A DNA stretch of 63,045 bases, counting the filler, from a bacterium (GTDB lineage Bacteria; JACRDZ01; JAQUKH01), in assembly GCA_028719205.1 (NCBI GenBank). It is 6 parts of 6 records of this genome, joined end to end, with 100 filler letters (N's around TTAATTAATTAA, not from the genome) between each part and the next. Parts side by side here need not be neighbours in the genome. Positions count along the whole stretch, not along the records: positions 13,226 to 25,859 come from JAQUKH010000050.1; positions 25,960 to 37,436 come from JAQUKH010000051.1; 4 more parts are not named here. One strand, given 5' to 3'. Of the stretch, positions 20,276-30,459 are shown piece by piece. Under the pieces are notes generated by a model, which ran no database searches, was not told where the DNA came from, and saw only the letters and a list, made by a program, of their open reading frames with translations. Position 1 is the first letter of the stretch. Every line of letters starts with the position of its first letter. The position numbers and the translations under genes were made by a program.

Positions 20276-21766
20276 CTAATTCTTCCTCTTTTCATAATAC
20301 TCAACAATTTCTTCTAATAATTTTTCCAGGGTATATTCTGAAGGCGAGATCTTGACTTTTAATCCCGCTTTTTCAATTCGATTGGAAGTGATCGGGCCTA
20401 TACTCGCGATATTAACGCCGCGCATCAGGTCTTTAAGTTCATCCTGTGAAAAGAGGCTTATAAAATTATCCGCGGTTGAAAAACTCGTAAAAGTAATAAC
20501 ATCGATCTCTTTATTCTCTAAAAGCGGTTTTATCTTATTTAAACCTGAATCCACTTTAACTGTCCTGTAAGCGGTTACCACATTAACATTCGCACCCATT
20601 TCCTCAAGCTTTTCGGGTAAAATTTCACGCGCAACTTCCGCCCGGGGGATAAGGATATTCTTGCCCTTGATATCTTCTTTTAATAACACTTCAATTATAC
20701 CTTCTGCCAGGAATTTTTTCGGGATAAGATCTATTTTAATACCTGAATTTTCTATTGTCTTCGCGGTACCGGGCCCGATCGCGCAGACTTTCACGCCTTT
20801 TAAACAACGGAGGTCATAGCCTTTCTTTTTAACCCGTTCAAAAAAATATTTAACTCCGTTAGAACTTGTAAAAATTACCCAATGATATTTCTCTATCTCA
20901 TCGATAGCCTCATCCAGATCCTGATAGTTCAGCGCGGGAACTATCTCAATAGTGGGAAATTCTATTACCCTGGCGCCCTCTTCCTCCAATAATCTCCCAA
21001 ATTCCCCCGCCTGCTGCTGATTGCGGGTCACCACTATATTTTTTCCAAACAGCGGTTTGTTATCAAACCAGCGCCATTTATCACGCAAGCTTACCACATC
21101 TCCTACAATAAATAAAAACGGCGGATTGATCTTTTTTTCAGAAACCTTATCAGCAATATTCGAAAGGTTCCCGGTAATAACCTCCTGATCGTTGCTTCCG
21201 CCTTCTTTAATTACCGCCGCGGGCGTATCTTCTTTATAACCGGCATTTAAGATCTTTTCTACTATAACCCTGAAATTACCGATCCCCGGGTAACAAACTA
21301 ATGTGCCGCAATCTTTCGGTATTTTTATACCATCTTCTTCCGAAGCATAGATAATAGCGCAGTTTGAACCGGACTCGCTATTTATTAAAGGTATTCCCGC
21401 AAAGATCGATGTCAAAAAATTCGGAAAACACGGGATCATCTCAAAAGATATACCTGATGAAACCAGAGTTTCAATCTCTTCATTTGATTTACCGGTTATA
21501 AACAGGTCCCCGGCCTTCAGGCAAACTATAATTTTACCTTCCTTTATTTTATCCGGGATCAGGCTTTTATTTTTATCATACCCGCCGCTGAAACTGCTTC
21601 CCTTTTTATTAACAGAAATAATATCATCATTTATGCCGTTATCATAAATAACGGTATCCGCGCCGGAAATTATATCCAGAGCCTTTGACGGCATTAATTT
21701 CAAGCCGCCCGAAGGAACTCCAATAAAATAGATTTTACCTTTTTTGTCCATAAATTTTTCTGCCAA
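20276..21766 (-). CDS. hemD: CobA-HemD fusion: degenerate uroporphyrinogen-III methyltransferase domain plus intact uroporphyrinogen-III synthase
   Basis: C-half KPLFGKNIVVTR, WVIFTSSNGV, AIGPGTA, ASIGPITS. The N-half is CobA-shaped but its motifs are altered. Confidence 0.9.
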   Translation of the reverse strand: MAEKFMDKKGKIYFIGVPSGGLKLMPSKALDIISGADTVIYDNGINDDIISVNKKGSSFSGGYDKNKSLIPDKIKEGKIIVCLKAGDLFITGKSNEEIETLVSSGISFEMIPCFPNFLTSIFAGIPLINSESGSNCAIIYASEEDGIKIPKDCGTLVCYPGIGNFRVIVEKILNAGYKEDTPAAVIKEGGSNDQEVITGNLSNIADKVSEKKINPPFLFIVGDVVSLRDKWRWFDNKPLFGKNIVVTRNQQQAGEFGRLLEEEGARVIEFPTIEIVPALNYQDLDEAIDEIEKYHWVIFTSSNGVKYFFERVKKKGYDLRCLKGVKVCAIGPGTAKTIENSGIKIDLIPKKFLAEGIIEVLLKEDIKGKNILIPRAEVAREILPEKLEEMGANVNVVTAYRTVKVDSGLNKIKPLLENKEIDVITFTSFSTADNFISLFSQDELKDLMRGVNIASIGPITSNRIEKAGLKVKISPSEYTLEKLLEEIVEYYEKRKN

Positions 21767-21768
21767 TA

Positions 21769-22701
21769 TTATTTTCTGATCCCGAGCTCATAAATTTCTT
21801 TTAAGATCTTATCCCCGCCCTGGGCTAACAGGTCCTCCGCCACCCTTATACCGATCTTTTCCGCGTCTTTTATCTCACCCTGCGAACCGGCTTTATACAA
21901 TTGCCTGCCGTCCAGGCTCGCGATGACTCCGTTGAGAACCAGCTTTCCTTTTTCCACCCTTCCCCATGAACCGATAGGCACCTGACAACCGCCTTCAAGC
22001 CGGCGCAAAAGCGCGCGTTCTGAAAGGATCGCCCAATAGGAGCCCTCGTGATTTAACGGGGCGATTATTTTTTTTATCTTATCATTATTGCTTTTTATCT
22101 CGATACCGATCGATCCCTGTCCTACCGCGGGCAGGATCAGGTCATAAGGAATAAACTGGCGGATCTTTTCATGATAACCCAGCCGTTTAACGCCTGCCGC
22201 CGCTAAAATTATTCCATCTAATTTAAGTTCACTCATCTTTTTTAACCGCGTCTGCAGATTCCCCCGCAAATCTTTAAATTTCAGATCCGGACGGATACAC
22301 ATAAGCTGCGCGATACGGCGTAAACTGCTTGTTCCAATAGAGGCGCCCTGTGGAAGTTCATCCATTTTCCTGTAAGAATCTGAAATAAAAACATCATGAT
22401 TATCTTCTCTTTCAAGAATCGCGCTGATACAAAGCCCCTCCGGCAGATTTGTCGGAACGTCTTTCATACTATGGACGGCAAGGTCTATCTCGCCTCGAAC
22501 CAGTGACTCTTCTATTTCTTTTACAAAAAGCCCTTTGTCGCCTATTTTAGCGAGCGCCACATCTAATATTTTATCGCCTGTAGTTTTTATCTTTTTAATA
22601 TCTATTTCAATACCTGGATTGGATGCCTTTAACTCAGACATCACAAATTCTGTCTGCCATAATGCCAACGCACTCCCGCGGCTGCCGATAACTATCTTCA
22701 T
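21769..22701 (-). CDS. hemC: Hydroxymethylbilane synthase
   Basis: GSRGSALALWQ, KGLFVKEIE, AVHSMKD, GTSSLRR, LEGGCQVP. Confidence 0.98.
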   Translation of the reverse strand: MKIVIGSRGSALALWQTEFVMSELKASNPGIEIDIKKIKTTGDKILDVALAKIGDKGLFVKEIEESLVRGEIDLAVHSMKDVPTNLPEGLCISAILEREDNHDVFISDSYRKMDELPQGASIGTSSLRRIAQLMCIRPDLKFKDLRGNLQTRLKKMSELKLDGIILAAAGVKRLGYHEKIRQFIPYDLILPAVGQGSIGIEIKSNNDKIKKIIAPLNHEGSYWAILSERALLRRLEGGCQVPIGSWGRVEKGKLVLNGVIASLDGRQLYKAGSQGEIKDAEKIGIRVAEDLLAQGGDKILKEIYELGIRK

Positions 22702-22703
22702 CG

Positions 22704-23975
22704 CTACTCCTTATTTTCTAAACCAAAAAGATACCGCAAGGCATCAACATAAACATACCCGCTATCCTCTTGTGTCGCTTTTTTTAATTGTATGATCGGA
22801 AGATGCATGAACTTATTCGCGATACCGACTGAAAGCGCTTCAATCAGGTCTTTATCTTTCTCGCTCACGCTGCCCAGCCTGTTAATGATCTTTTCCAGCT
22901 CGCTTTTCCTGATATCCTCAACCTTATCCTTGAACGAAACAATAGTCGGGACTACCTCAAGGCTGTTGAACCAGGCGAAAAATTTATGTTTCTCTTTTTC
23001 AATGATCACTTCAACCTTCGGGATCTCTTTAGCCCGCTCTTTCAAATTTGATTCGATAACAACCTTCAGATCATCTATGTCATAAAGATAAACGTTGTCT
23101 ATAATATTTACCTCTTCCTCAATATCGCGGGGAACGGCAATATCAATAAAAAATATAGGTTTATGTTTCCTGTCTTTAATAAGTTTAGAAACAAAATCCT
23201 TAGTTATTATGCAGTGCGGCGCGCCGGTAGAACTTATCACAATATCAACATTAACCATCTCTTTAAAAGATTCCTCAAATGGTATGGCTTTAGCGTTAAA
23301 AGCCTTTGCCAGTTCCTCGGCCTTTTCAAAAGTCCGGTTAGTAATAAAAACATTAGAAACACCGTTCCCGACCAAATGCTTCAGGGTCAATTCCGACATC
23401 TCACCCGCGCCGATGACCAAAACGGTTTTCCCGCTGATATCCCCAAAAATCTTTTTCGCCAATTCCACGCCCGCAAAACCTATTGAAACCGCATTCTTCG
23501 CGATATCCGTTTCGCTTCTCGCCCGCTTTCCAACTTCCGCGGCCTTTTTAAAGAGCGTATTAAAAACTATGCCGTTTGTTTCCACATTGAGGGCGTATTC
23601 AAACGCGTCTTTGACCTGCCCCATAATCTGAGGCTCACCTACGATCATGGAATCAAGGCTCGCGATCACGCGAAAAAGATGATTAACCGCGTCATCCCCT
23701 TTTAAAATATAAACATGAGGGCGGAACTGCTCTATCCCCATTTTTTTTGATTTGCTTAAAAATTCCTCAATACTTCTTATCCCGGCTTCAGCCTCATTAA
23801 CCAGCGCGTAGATCTCCACCCGATTGCAGGTAGAAAGAATCAGATTTTCCATGATCTCAGCTGAACCTTTTAATGCCAGTAATGCCTCATTGATCGCACT
23901 TTCAGGAAACGAAAATTTTTCCCTGATATCGACCGGAGCAGTTTTATGATTTAATCCGATTACAATTATTTCCAT
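22704..23975 (-). CDS. hemA: Glutamyl-tRNA reductase
   Basis: GLNHKTAPV, LSTCNRVE, GEPQI, GAGEM, DIAVPRD. Confidence 0.98.
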   Translation of the reverse strand: MEIIVIGLNHKTAPVDIREKFSFPESAINEALLALKGSAEIMENLILSTCNRVEIYALVNEAEAGIRSIEEFLSKSKKMGIEQFRPHVYILKGDDAVNHLFRVIASLDSMIVGEPQIMGQVKDAFEYALNVETNGIVFNTLFKKAAEVGKRARSETDIAKNAVSIGFAGVELAKKIFGDISGKTVLVIGAGEMSELTLKHLVGNGVSNVFITNRTFEKAEELAKAFNAKAIPFEESFKEMVNVDIVISSTGAPHCIITKDFVSKLIKDRKHKPIFFIDIAVPRDIEEEVNIIDNVYLYDIDDLKVVIESNLKERAKEIPKVEVIIEKEKHKFFAWFNSLEVVPTIVSFKDKVEDIRKSELEKIINRLGSVSEKDKDLIEALSVGIANKFMHLPIIQLKKATQEDSGYVYVDALRYLFGLENKE

Positions 23976-23983
23976 ATTATCTT

Positions 23984-24805
23984 CTATCCAAAAATGTGCA
24001 ATCCTAATTTAAAAAAACTTATCACTATGTAAGTTAATATCGCTGACCAGAAACCGATCACAGAAAGATACGCGACTTTTTTTCCCTGCCAGCCATAGAC
24101 ATGCCTGCAAACCAGATAGATAACATAGATCAGCCAGGTGATCAGCGCGCCTATTACCTTAGGATCCCAATGCCAATAGGAACCCCAAACCTGATGCGCC
24201 CAAAACGCACCTGAAGTTATACTGATCGTAAAAAGGAAAAAACCAATCGATACCAGCCTGCTGTTTAATTCATCAAGAACATCAAGCGGCGGCAAAAGGT
24301 AATAAAACGGCGCGGGTTTCCTTGCCTTGACATAATGTTCCTGCATTAAATACATAAGGCCCGTAGAAAACGCCAAAGCAAATGTGGCATATCCAAAAAA
24401 AGACAAAATTACATGGAAGTTCAGCCAGGGACTCTTCAGAACATCAGAGAGAGGGTTGATATCTTTAGGTAAAAATACCGCGTAAAAATAACAAAGAAAA
24501 ACCAGGGGTAAAATAAATGACCCCAGGATCTCAAATTTATATTTCAGCGAAAAAATGAGATAAATAACAACCAGGGTCCAAGCGAAAAACACCAGTGATT
24601 CGAATAAATTCGTAAAAGGAATATAACCCGATAAGATAAAACGGCTTACGATGTACGCGGAATGAAAGAAAAATCCGGCAATAACCGCGCCGAATCCAAG
24701 CATAAAAACTCTTTCCTTTTTAACAGCCGCGAAAACAAAATTATGAATGATCGCGAAAAGATATAAAACAATACTGATATCAAAAAATAATATATCTAAT
24801 TGCAT
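23984..24805 (-). CDS. ccsA: Cytochrome c assembly protein (CcsA/ResC/HemX-like)
   Basis: 8 TM segments, WWD motif WAHQVWGSYWHWDPK, conserved His residues, C-terminal GLH. Confidence 0.9.
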   Translation of the reverse strand: MQLDILFFDISIVLYLFAIIHNFVFAAVKKERVFMLGFGAVIAGFFFHSAYIVSRFILSGYIPFTNLFESLVFFAWTLVVIYLIFSLKYKFEILGSFILPLVFLCYFYAVFLPKDINPLSDVLKSPWLNFHVILSFFGYATFALAFSTGLMYLMQEHYVKARKPAPFYYLLPPLDVLDELNSRLVSIGFFLFTISITSGAFWAHQVWGSYWHWDPKVIGALITWLIYVIYLVCRHVYGWQGKKVAYLSVIGFWSAILTYIVISFFKLGLHIFG

Positions 24806-24831
24806 ATGTTACCCTTTTTTTTGAAAAGGTT

Positions 24832-24861
24832 ATTATATCACGGATTTTTATTTTCTGGCAA
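24832..24861 (-). promoter_or_regulatory. sigma70 promoter of the ccsA-hem operon
   Basis: TTGCCA-18 bp-TATAAT with TGn extended -10. Confidence 0.6.
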
Positions 24862-24878
24862 GTCAAATTGAATTAAGC

Positions 24879-25688
24879 TTAAGTGTTCTGTGGTACACTA
24901 TTATAAATTGTCTTTGTCGGACAGACGGAAACGCACTGGAGGCAATTTGTACATTTGTTGTAATCTATCTTTGCCAGGTTATTTTCCATTGTTATGGCGT
25001 TTTCGGGACATTTTTTGACACAGATCTGGCAGGCGATACAGCCGATAGTGCATTTTTTCTTAACTTCAATACCTTTATCAAGCGAAGAGCATCTGATCTC
25101 CACCTTGTTTTTTTTCTGAATAAGCTCGATAATTTTTTTCGGGCATTCGGTTACGCATATGCCGCAGGCAGTACAGAGTTTTTCATCTATTTCAGGTAGT
25201 TTTGTCAGAGCATTCATTTTTATAGCCTTGAACGGGCATACCCTTGAGCATGTCCCAAACCCCAGGCATCCGTATTGGCAGGCCTTATGTCCGCCTGAAA
25301 CCAGAATTGCGGTCTGACAGTCCGGAAAACCATCATACTGGAAAATATTTGATGCTTTGCCTTCGCCGCCCTGGCATTTTATATAAGCTATTTTTTTCTC
25401 TCCGGCCTTAACCTCTACACCCAGTAACTTACTTAATTTTTCCGCGACGGCCTCTCCGCCAGCGACACATTTACCGGGAGGGGCATCACCATACGCCACA
25501 ACATGGGCATAACCGCTGCATCCCGGATAACCGCACGCGCCGCAATTAGCCCCGGGTAAAGCGGCTAAAACCTGCTCTTCCAGCTGATTGACCTGTATTT
25601 TGAGTTTTTCATCCGCGATAGCAATTAAAACCCCAAAAACAAGGCCCATAACGCCTAAACCTATAACTGCACTTAAAAAAGAATCCAA
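24879..25688 (-). CDS. rnfB: Rnf complex subunit B (polyferredoxin)
   Basis: N-terminal TM, LPGANCGACGYPGC, CQYGCLGFGTC, several 4Fe-4S motifs. Confidence 0.95.
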   Translation of the reverse strand: MDSFLSAVIGLGVMGLVFGVLIAIADEKLKIQVNQLEEQVLAALPGANCGACGYPGCSGYAHVVAYGDAPPGKCVAGGEAVAEKLSKLLGVEVKAGEKKIAYIKCQGGEGKASNIFQYDGFPDCQTAILVSGGHKACQYGCLGFGTCSRVCPFKAIKMNALTKLPEIDEKLCTACGICVTECPKKIIELIQKKNKVEIRCSSLDKGIEVKKKCTIGCIACQICVKKCPENAITMENNLAKIDYNKCTNCLQCVSVCPTKTIYNSVPQNT

Positions 25689-25702
25689 TTAAAACTCCCT
25701 TC

Positions 25703-25859
25703 TTACAATCCAAACAAATGGCTGAATCCTAAAAACGCCAGCGACATTAAACTCGCGGTAAAAAAGGCGATAGGATATCCTAAAAAATATTTAGGGATCG
25801 GAGCGGTACGCATCCGTTCTCTCAGAGTTGATAACAAAACTATTGATAACGTGTACCCG
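25703..25859 (-). CDS. rnfA: Rnf complex subunit A, C-terminal fragment
   Basis: Manual translation GYTLSIVLLSTLRERMRTAPIPKYFLGYPIAFFTASLMSLAFLGFSHLFGL*. Confidence 0.9.
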
Positions 25860-25959
25860 NNNNNNNNNNNNNNNNNNNNNNNNNNNNNNNNNNNNNNNNN
25901 NNNTTAATTAATTAANNNNNNNNNNNNNNNNNNNNNNNNNNNNNNNNNNNNNNNNNNNN
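25860..25959. other. Artificial contig-joining spacer
   Basis: N run with TTAATTAATTAA. Confidence 0.98.
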
Positions 25960-26246
25960 CTCTTGCGGTTGAAGGCGCGCAGCTTGCAGCTTCAGCAATT
26001 GATGCCAGATCCAAGATAGAAAATGAACGGCTTAAAAATCTGCTTTTAACTACATTTTCTTATGAACTTAAAGTGCCGCTGAAATCACTTTCCCAAACCG
26101 CCTCAGAAATATTAGACCCCGAAAATATAGATAATAAATCAAAACGCGTCGAACTGGCTGAAAAAATGCGCCGTGAGGCAGACCTTTTAAATACCCTCGT
26201 TGATGAATTATCAAAAATAATTGAAACTGAGAGTAAGATCGTATAA
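25960..26246 (+). CDS. C-terminal end of a KdpD-like sensor protein with a degenerate HisKA domain
   Basis: LAVEGAQLAASAIDARSKIENERLKNLLLTTFSYELKVPL...MRREADLLNTLVDEL...*, resembling KdpD 'ERLRNxLLxxxSHDLRTPL'. Confidence 0.65.
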
Positions 26247-26282
26247 AACAGTTCAAACAGTTTAATAAAAGGAGTTCTTATC

Positions 26283-26852
26283 GTGCGAGAAGGTTTACAT
26301 GAATTCGGCCCGGGGAATATGACTTTAAGTATATATACTTATAAGAGCGGTATTTTAAGCACTTTAGGTTATGATTTATTCATTAAGGCCACGGATTTTA
26401 AGATGAGTATGGAAATAAAAGGGGAAAACGCAAAGGAAAATAAAATAGGCCTTGAAGTGAACGCTGATTCATTAAAAGTAGCATCGTTAATGATGACTGA
26501 AAGCACAGATAATAATATTTTAACAGAAGGACATAAAAATGAGATCGATTCCAACATAAAGGGCAGTAATGTATTAAATGTAAAAAAATATCCAAAAATA
26601 ACTTTTATTTCAAAAAAAATTTTTGAAGAAGCAGACTGTTTTAAGGTAACGGGCGATCTTACAATACGGGACAAAACAAAAGAAATAGAGATGGTCCTAA
26701 AAAAAGATATTGAGAAGCCTGATACAAAATTTTCAGGATCATTTGATCTTTATCAAACAAAATTCGGGATACGCCCTTACTCCGCGATGTTTGGAACCTT
26801 GTGCGTAAAAGATAAAATAGAAATTAAATGGGAATTTGGAACACCTGCTTGA
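26283..26852 (+). CDS. YceI-family protein
   Basis: 'LNVKKYPKITF', 'VTGDLTIRDKTKEI', 'QTKFGIRPYS...VKDKIEI'. Confidence 0.88.
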   Translation: MREGLHEFGPGNMTLSIYTYKSGILSTLGYDLFIKATDFKMSMEIKGENAKENKIGLEVNADSLKVASLMMTESTDNNILTEGHKNEIDSNIKGSNVLNVKKYPKITFISKKIFEEADCFKVTGDLTIRDKTKEIEMVLKKDIEKPDTKFSGSFDLYQTKFGIRPYSAMFGTLCVKDKIEIKWEFGTPA

Positions 26853-28964
26853 TTAAAATCCGGGCTCTACGATCCTGAATCCGTTTCGGATCATACTCTT
26901 CTCTCCTGATGAATTTATAACCTTCATATTATATTGTCCGGGGATCAATTCACGGGGTACATGTGTACTTATCGTATTTATATCGATGAAATTTATTGGT
27001 TCTGAATTTATCCCGATCCTTAACCTGTTTATAACTTCAATACCCGGTGCTCCATCCGCGACAAAAGCATAATTCCCGGAGATAAAGACTCCGGACGCAA
27101 AACCAAGGGTTTCCAGGCTGCCGGAAATAACCGGATCAGAAGGTATGGTAATATCCAGCACCTGTAATCCTGCTTTCCCTGAGGCTATATATGCAAGATT
27201 ATCATAAATAAAAATGTCGTAAGGAGTGGCGGGTAAATTTAATTTTGCTTCTAAAACAGGATTAAACGGGCTTTTAATATCTATAATTTCAATTCCTGAA
27301 TTATTGACAGCCACATAAGCGTAATTTCCTGAAACGCATACTCCGCGAGCTTCGCCGCCTGTGAGAAAACTGCTTATTAATTTGGGTTTTTTGGGATCAC
27401 TGATATCAATTATTTCAAGGCCCGATTTTCCATCGGCAACATAGGCGTATGCTTCAGAGACATAAACATTGTACGATTGGCCTGAAGTTTCGACAGACGC
27501 GACTATCAGGGGATTATCCTGCTTGCTTATATCTGCTATCTGTAAACCTGCTCCGGAGTCAGCTATATAGGCATAATTTCCTGAAACATATATTCCCAAG
27601 GCCTGGTCAGGTGTATCTAAAATACCGGCCATTACCGGTTCAAGAGGATTATTTACATTAATTATTTGTAATCCGCTGCTTTTATCAGCCATATAAGCAT
27701 AACCGTCTGAGACAAATACACGGTTAGCGGCGCCTGAAGTGATAATGCTTCCGGCGATAGATGGGATCGCGGGATCGGTTATATCAATTATTTGCAGGCC
27801 CGCGGTGTCTGTTGCCGAATAAGCATAATTGTCAGAAATACAAATATTTAAAGAGGGCCCGGTGGTAGCCGCGTTTCCAATAATCCCCTGATTTCCCGAA
27901 TCAATTATATTTAGTATTTGTAATCCAAGCTTGCCTCCGGTAACATAAGCTTTATCCCCGGAAATAAATACAGACCTTCCTTCTTCAATAGCTTCTGATT
28001 TTCCGAATATTATTTCGGGGTGCGAGGGGGCGGTTATGCTTATTATTTGCAATCCGGAATATTTATCAGCGATGTAGGCATAATTTCCTGATATATAAAT
28101 TCCTAAAGCGTAACCCGGGGTTTTTACATTACCTTTTATGGACGGATGCGCGGGATCAGAAATATCTATTATCGCAAGGCCAAGTTTACCAGCGGCAACA
28201 TAGGCGTAATTTCCGGAAACAAAAACATCATTTGTCCAGTCAGATAATTTTATACTGCCCGCTGAAACAGGATGGGAAGGATCAGTTATATCTATTATTT
28301 GTAAGCCCGCCCAGGCGTCAGCAACATAGGCATAATCTCCTGAAACATACACATCTAAAGCGTAACCGGGGGTATCAATAATTCCTGTTATTATCGGATG
28401 AACCGGATCAAGTATATCAACTATAACCAGTCCGGCATTTTTCACGGCGACAAAAGCGCGATTTGAAAAAATATCGACTGCCATAGCCTGCCCGGGAGTG
28501 TCAATATTTCCGATAATAAAAGGATTCGCCGGATCAAGTATATTTACTATCTGAAGTCCGCCGTCTTTAGCGGCAATGTAAGCATATTTGTTACTGGAGA
28601 GGCAAATGTTTTGCGCGGAACCGGGAATTTTTAAACTTCCTGTTATTTCTGCACTGACCGGATCCTTGATATTTAATATTTTTAATCCAAATTTTGTGTC
28701 CGCGACATAAGCATAATTGCCAGCAACGCGAACATAGTTAGCATCTCCATTTATATCGACCGTACTTATTTTATTCGGTCCGCTGATCCCAAAATATACC
28801 CTGCAGGTCGAATCAAAATTTTCGCCGAAAATCGTGATATTTGCATTAGCCTGGCCGCTGTTAGGTGAAATTGCTTTTATTAAAGGCATAGCGGCACGAA
28901 TGGTATTTACCGGGATTACTAAGGTCACAAACAGGATAATAATAGTAATTATTTTATTTGTCAT
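26853..28964 (-). CDS. Secreted LVIVD-repeat protein (14 repeats) with a split IPT/TIG-like domain
   Basis: Signal peptide; 14 repeats of the type 'VSGNYAYVAD..GLQIIDI.DP..P'; IPT-like termini. Confidence 0.9.
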   Translation of the reverse strand: MTNKIITIIILFVTLVIPVNTIRAAMPLIKAISPNSGQANANITIFGENFDSTCRVYFGISGPNKISTVDINGDANYVRVAGNYAYVADTKFGLKILNIKDPVSAEITGSLKIPGSAQNICLSSNKYAYIAAKDGGLQIVNILDPANPFIIGNIDTPGQAMAVDIFSNRAFVAVKNAGLVIVDILDPVHPIITGIIDTPGYALDVYVSGDYAYVADAWAGLQIIDITDPSHPVSAGSIKLSDWTNDVFVSGNYAYVAAGKLGLAIIDISDPAHPSIKGNVKTPGYALGIYISGNYAYIADKYSGLQIISITAPSHPEIIFGKSEAIEEGRSVFISGDKAYVTGGKLGLQILNIIDSGNQGIIGNAATTGPSLNICISDNYAYSATDTAGLQIIDITDPAIPSIAGSIITSGAANRVFVSDGYAYMADKSSGLQIINVNNPLEPVMAGILDTPDQALGIYVSGNYAYIADSGAGLQIADISKQDNPLIVASVETSGQSYNVYVSEAYAYVADGKSGLEIIDISDPKKPKLISSFLTGGEARGVCVSGNYAYVAVNNSGIEIIDIKSPFNPVLEAKLNLPATPYDIFIYDNLAYIASGKAGLQVLDITIPSDPVISGSLETLGFASGVFISGNYAFVADGAPGIEVINRLRIGINSEPINFIDINTISTHVPRELIPGQYNMKVINSSGEKSMIRNGFRIVEPGF

Positions 28965-28994
28965 AAATAAAAATCCATACAGGTTATTAAGTAT

Positions 28995-30242
28995 TCATAC
29001 TTTCCTTAAAGAAATTATTGTTTTAAGTACAAGTATCATAAAAGTAAGCCAGAATATCCCTAAAGAAAATCCGGCGATAACATCGCTGAACCAATGGGCG
29101 TTAAGATATATTCTGCTGAATCCAACCAGGAGAAACAAAATAATATTGATACAAATAAAAAAATATTTAAGTATTTTTCTCTCTATATCGTCTTTGAATG
29201 AATACAATGAAAGTGAAAAAAAAATAATTCCCATTGTCGCGTGGCCGCTTGGAAAACTATATCCGGAAATTGATACCAGGGTATTTTCAGGCCTTATCCT
29301 GTGAAAAACCAATTTGGTTAATAATTCAAATAATAATCCGCCGGACATACTGAATAATAAAAGCAGAGAGTAATATTGTTTTTTCCGGTAAACTAAAAAT
29401 CCTAAAAAGATCACAGATAGAATGAAAAGATTTTCAGGGCTTAGGGTATTTGTGACAAAGATCATTATTTTATTAAGAAAAGGATTTCTTAGTAATGGCA
29501 TTTTCGAGTTTATCCAAATATCCAGTTTTGTGACTGAATCTTTGCCAAAAACACCTTCGATCATCTTTGAAAAAATATAAAGTGAAAACAGATTAAGGAT
29601 CAGAGTGTATGTATGATATTTCGCGAAAATATGTTTTCGTTTATTCACAAATCTATATAAATATATGATCAGGATGCTTAAAACGATACCTATAAAAATA
29701 TATTTGCCAAAATATCCTGAAATGACCTCATAACTTTTCCCGAAGAAATAACCTATTATGACAAATGAAACCGCCCAGATAATTCCGCCGGTAATATTAT
29801 ATGTGAGAAATTTTAAAAATGGTACCTTGGTGAATCCCGCGACAAAAGGGGCGAAAGCTCTTGTTAATGAATTAAAACGCCCGATTATAAGGGTTTTACC
29901 CGTATGATCGTTCATTAATTGTTTTGTATTTTCGAGATGCTCTTTTTTAAAGAAAAAATATTTACCAAACTTTATGACAAAAGAATCACCGTATTTTACT
30001 CCCAAAAAATATCCGATCAGATCTCCCAAAATTGCCCCCGAGGATGAAACAAAAATAAGGGGAGCAATATCAATGACACCTGCTTTGACTAAAAATCCGC
30101 CAATGGCAACAAAAACCTGCCCGGGGATAAATAATCCAAAAATAGGCACCGCCTCCAGTATAGAAGCGAGCAAGATGATCCAATATCCCCATGGATTTAA
30201 AACAGGGGCCGGTAAATTCAAAATTTTATCAATTAGCGACAT
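28995..30242 (-). CDS. Bifunctional DedA / PAP2 phosphatase membrane protein
   Basis: DedA motifs GLFIPG, GAILGD, GRF; PAP2 motifs K..FHRIRP, SFPSGH, SRIYLNAHWFSDV. Confidence 0.93.
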   Translation of the reverse strand: MSLIDKILNLPAPVLNPWGYWIILLASILEAVPIFGLFIPGQVFVAIGGFLVKAGVIDIAPLIFVSSSGAILGDLIGYFLGVKYGDSFVIKFGKYFFFKKEHLENTKQLMNDHTGKTLIIGRFNSLTRAFAPFVAGFTKVPFLKFLTYNITGGIIWAVSFVIIGYFFGKSYEVISGYFGKYIFIGIVLSILIIYLYRFVNKRKHIFAKYHTYTLILNLFSLYIFSKMIEGVFGKDSVTKLDIWINSKMPLLRNPFLNKIMIFVTNTLSPENLFILSVIFLGFLVYRKKQYYSLLLLFSMSGGLLFELLTKLVFHRIRPENTLVSISGYSFPSGHATMGIIFFSLSLYSFKDDIERKILKYFFICINIILFLLVGFSRIYLNAHWFSDVIAGFSLGIFWLTFMILVLKTIISLRKV

Positions 30243-30309
30243 TTTTAGATAGTGCCCGGAATTAGAGTTATACACGCAGTATTTTATTTATTACGAAATA
30301 TCTTAATTA

Positions 30310-30338
30310 ATTCTATAGTTCTGTTTTTATAATGTCAA
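30310..30338 (-). promoter_or_regulatory. sigma70 promoter of dedA/PAP2
   Basis: TTGACA-17 bp-TAGAAT. Confidence 0.65.
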
Positions 30339-30459
30339 GATAATTTAACTTATTTAGAGAATATTTTATTGTTTCGATTTTTTATTTGGAATGATTTTTA
30401 AAAATGCGTCAAAAAATAAGTTACCAAAAAAGGCGGTTTTTTACTTGTATAATTAATTA

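Noticed and set aside
26853-28964. Diversity-generating retroelement repeats in the LVIVD gene
   Set aside because: Similar segments are ordinary propeller repeats; no reverse transcriptase or adenine-specific template/variable pair.
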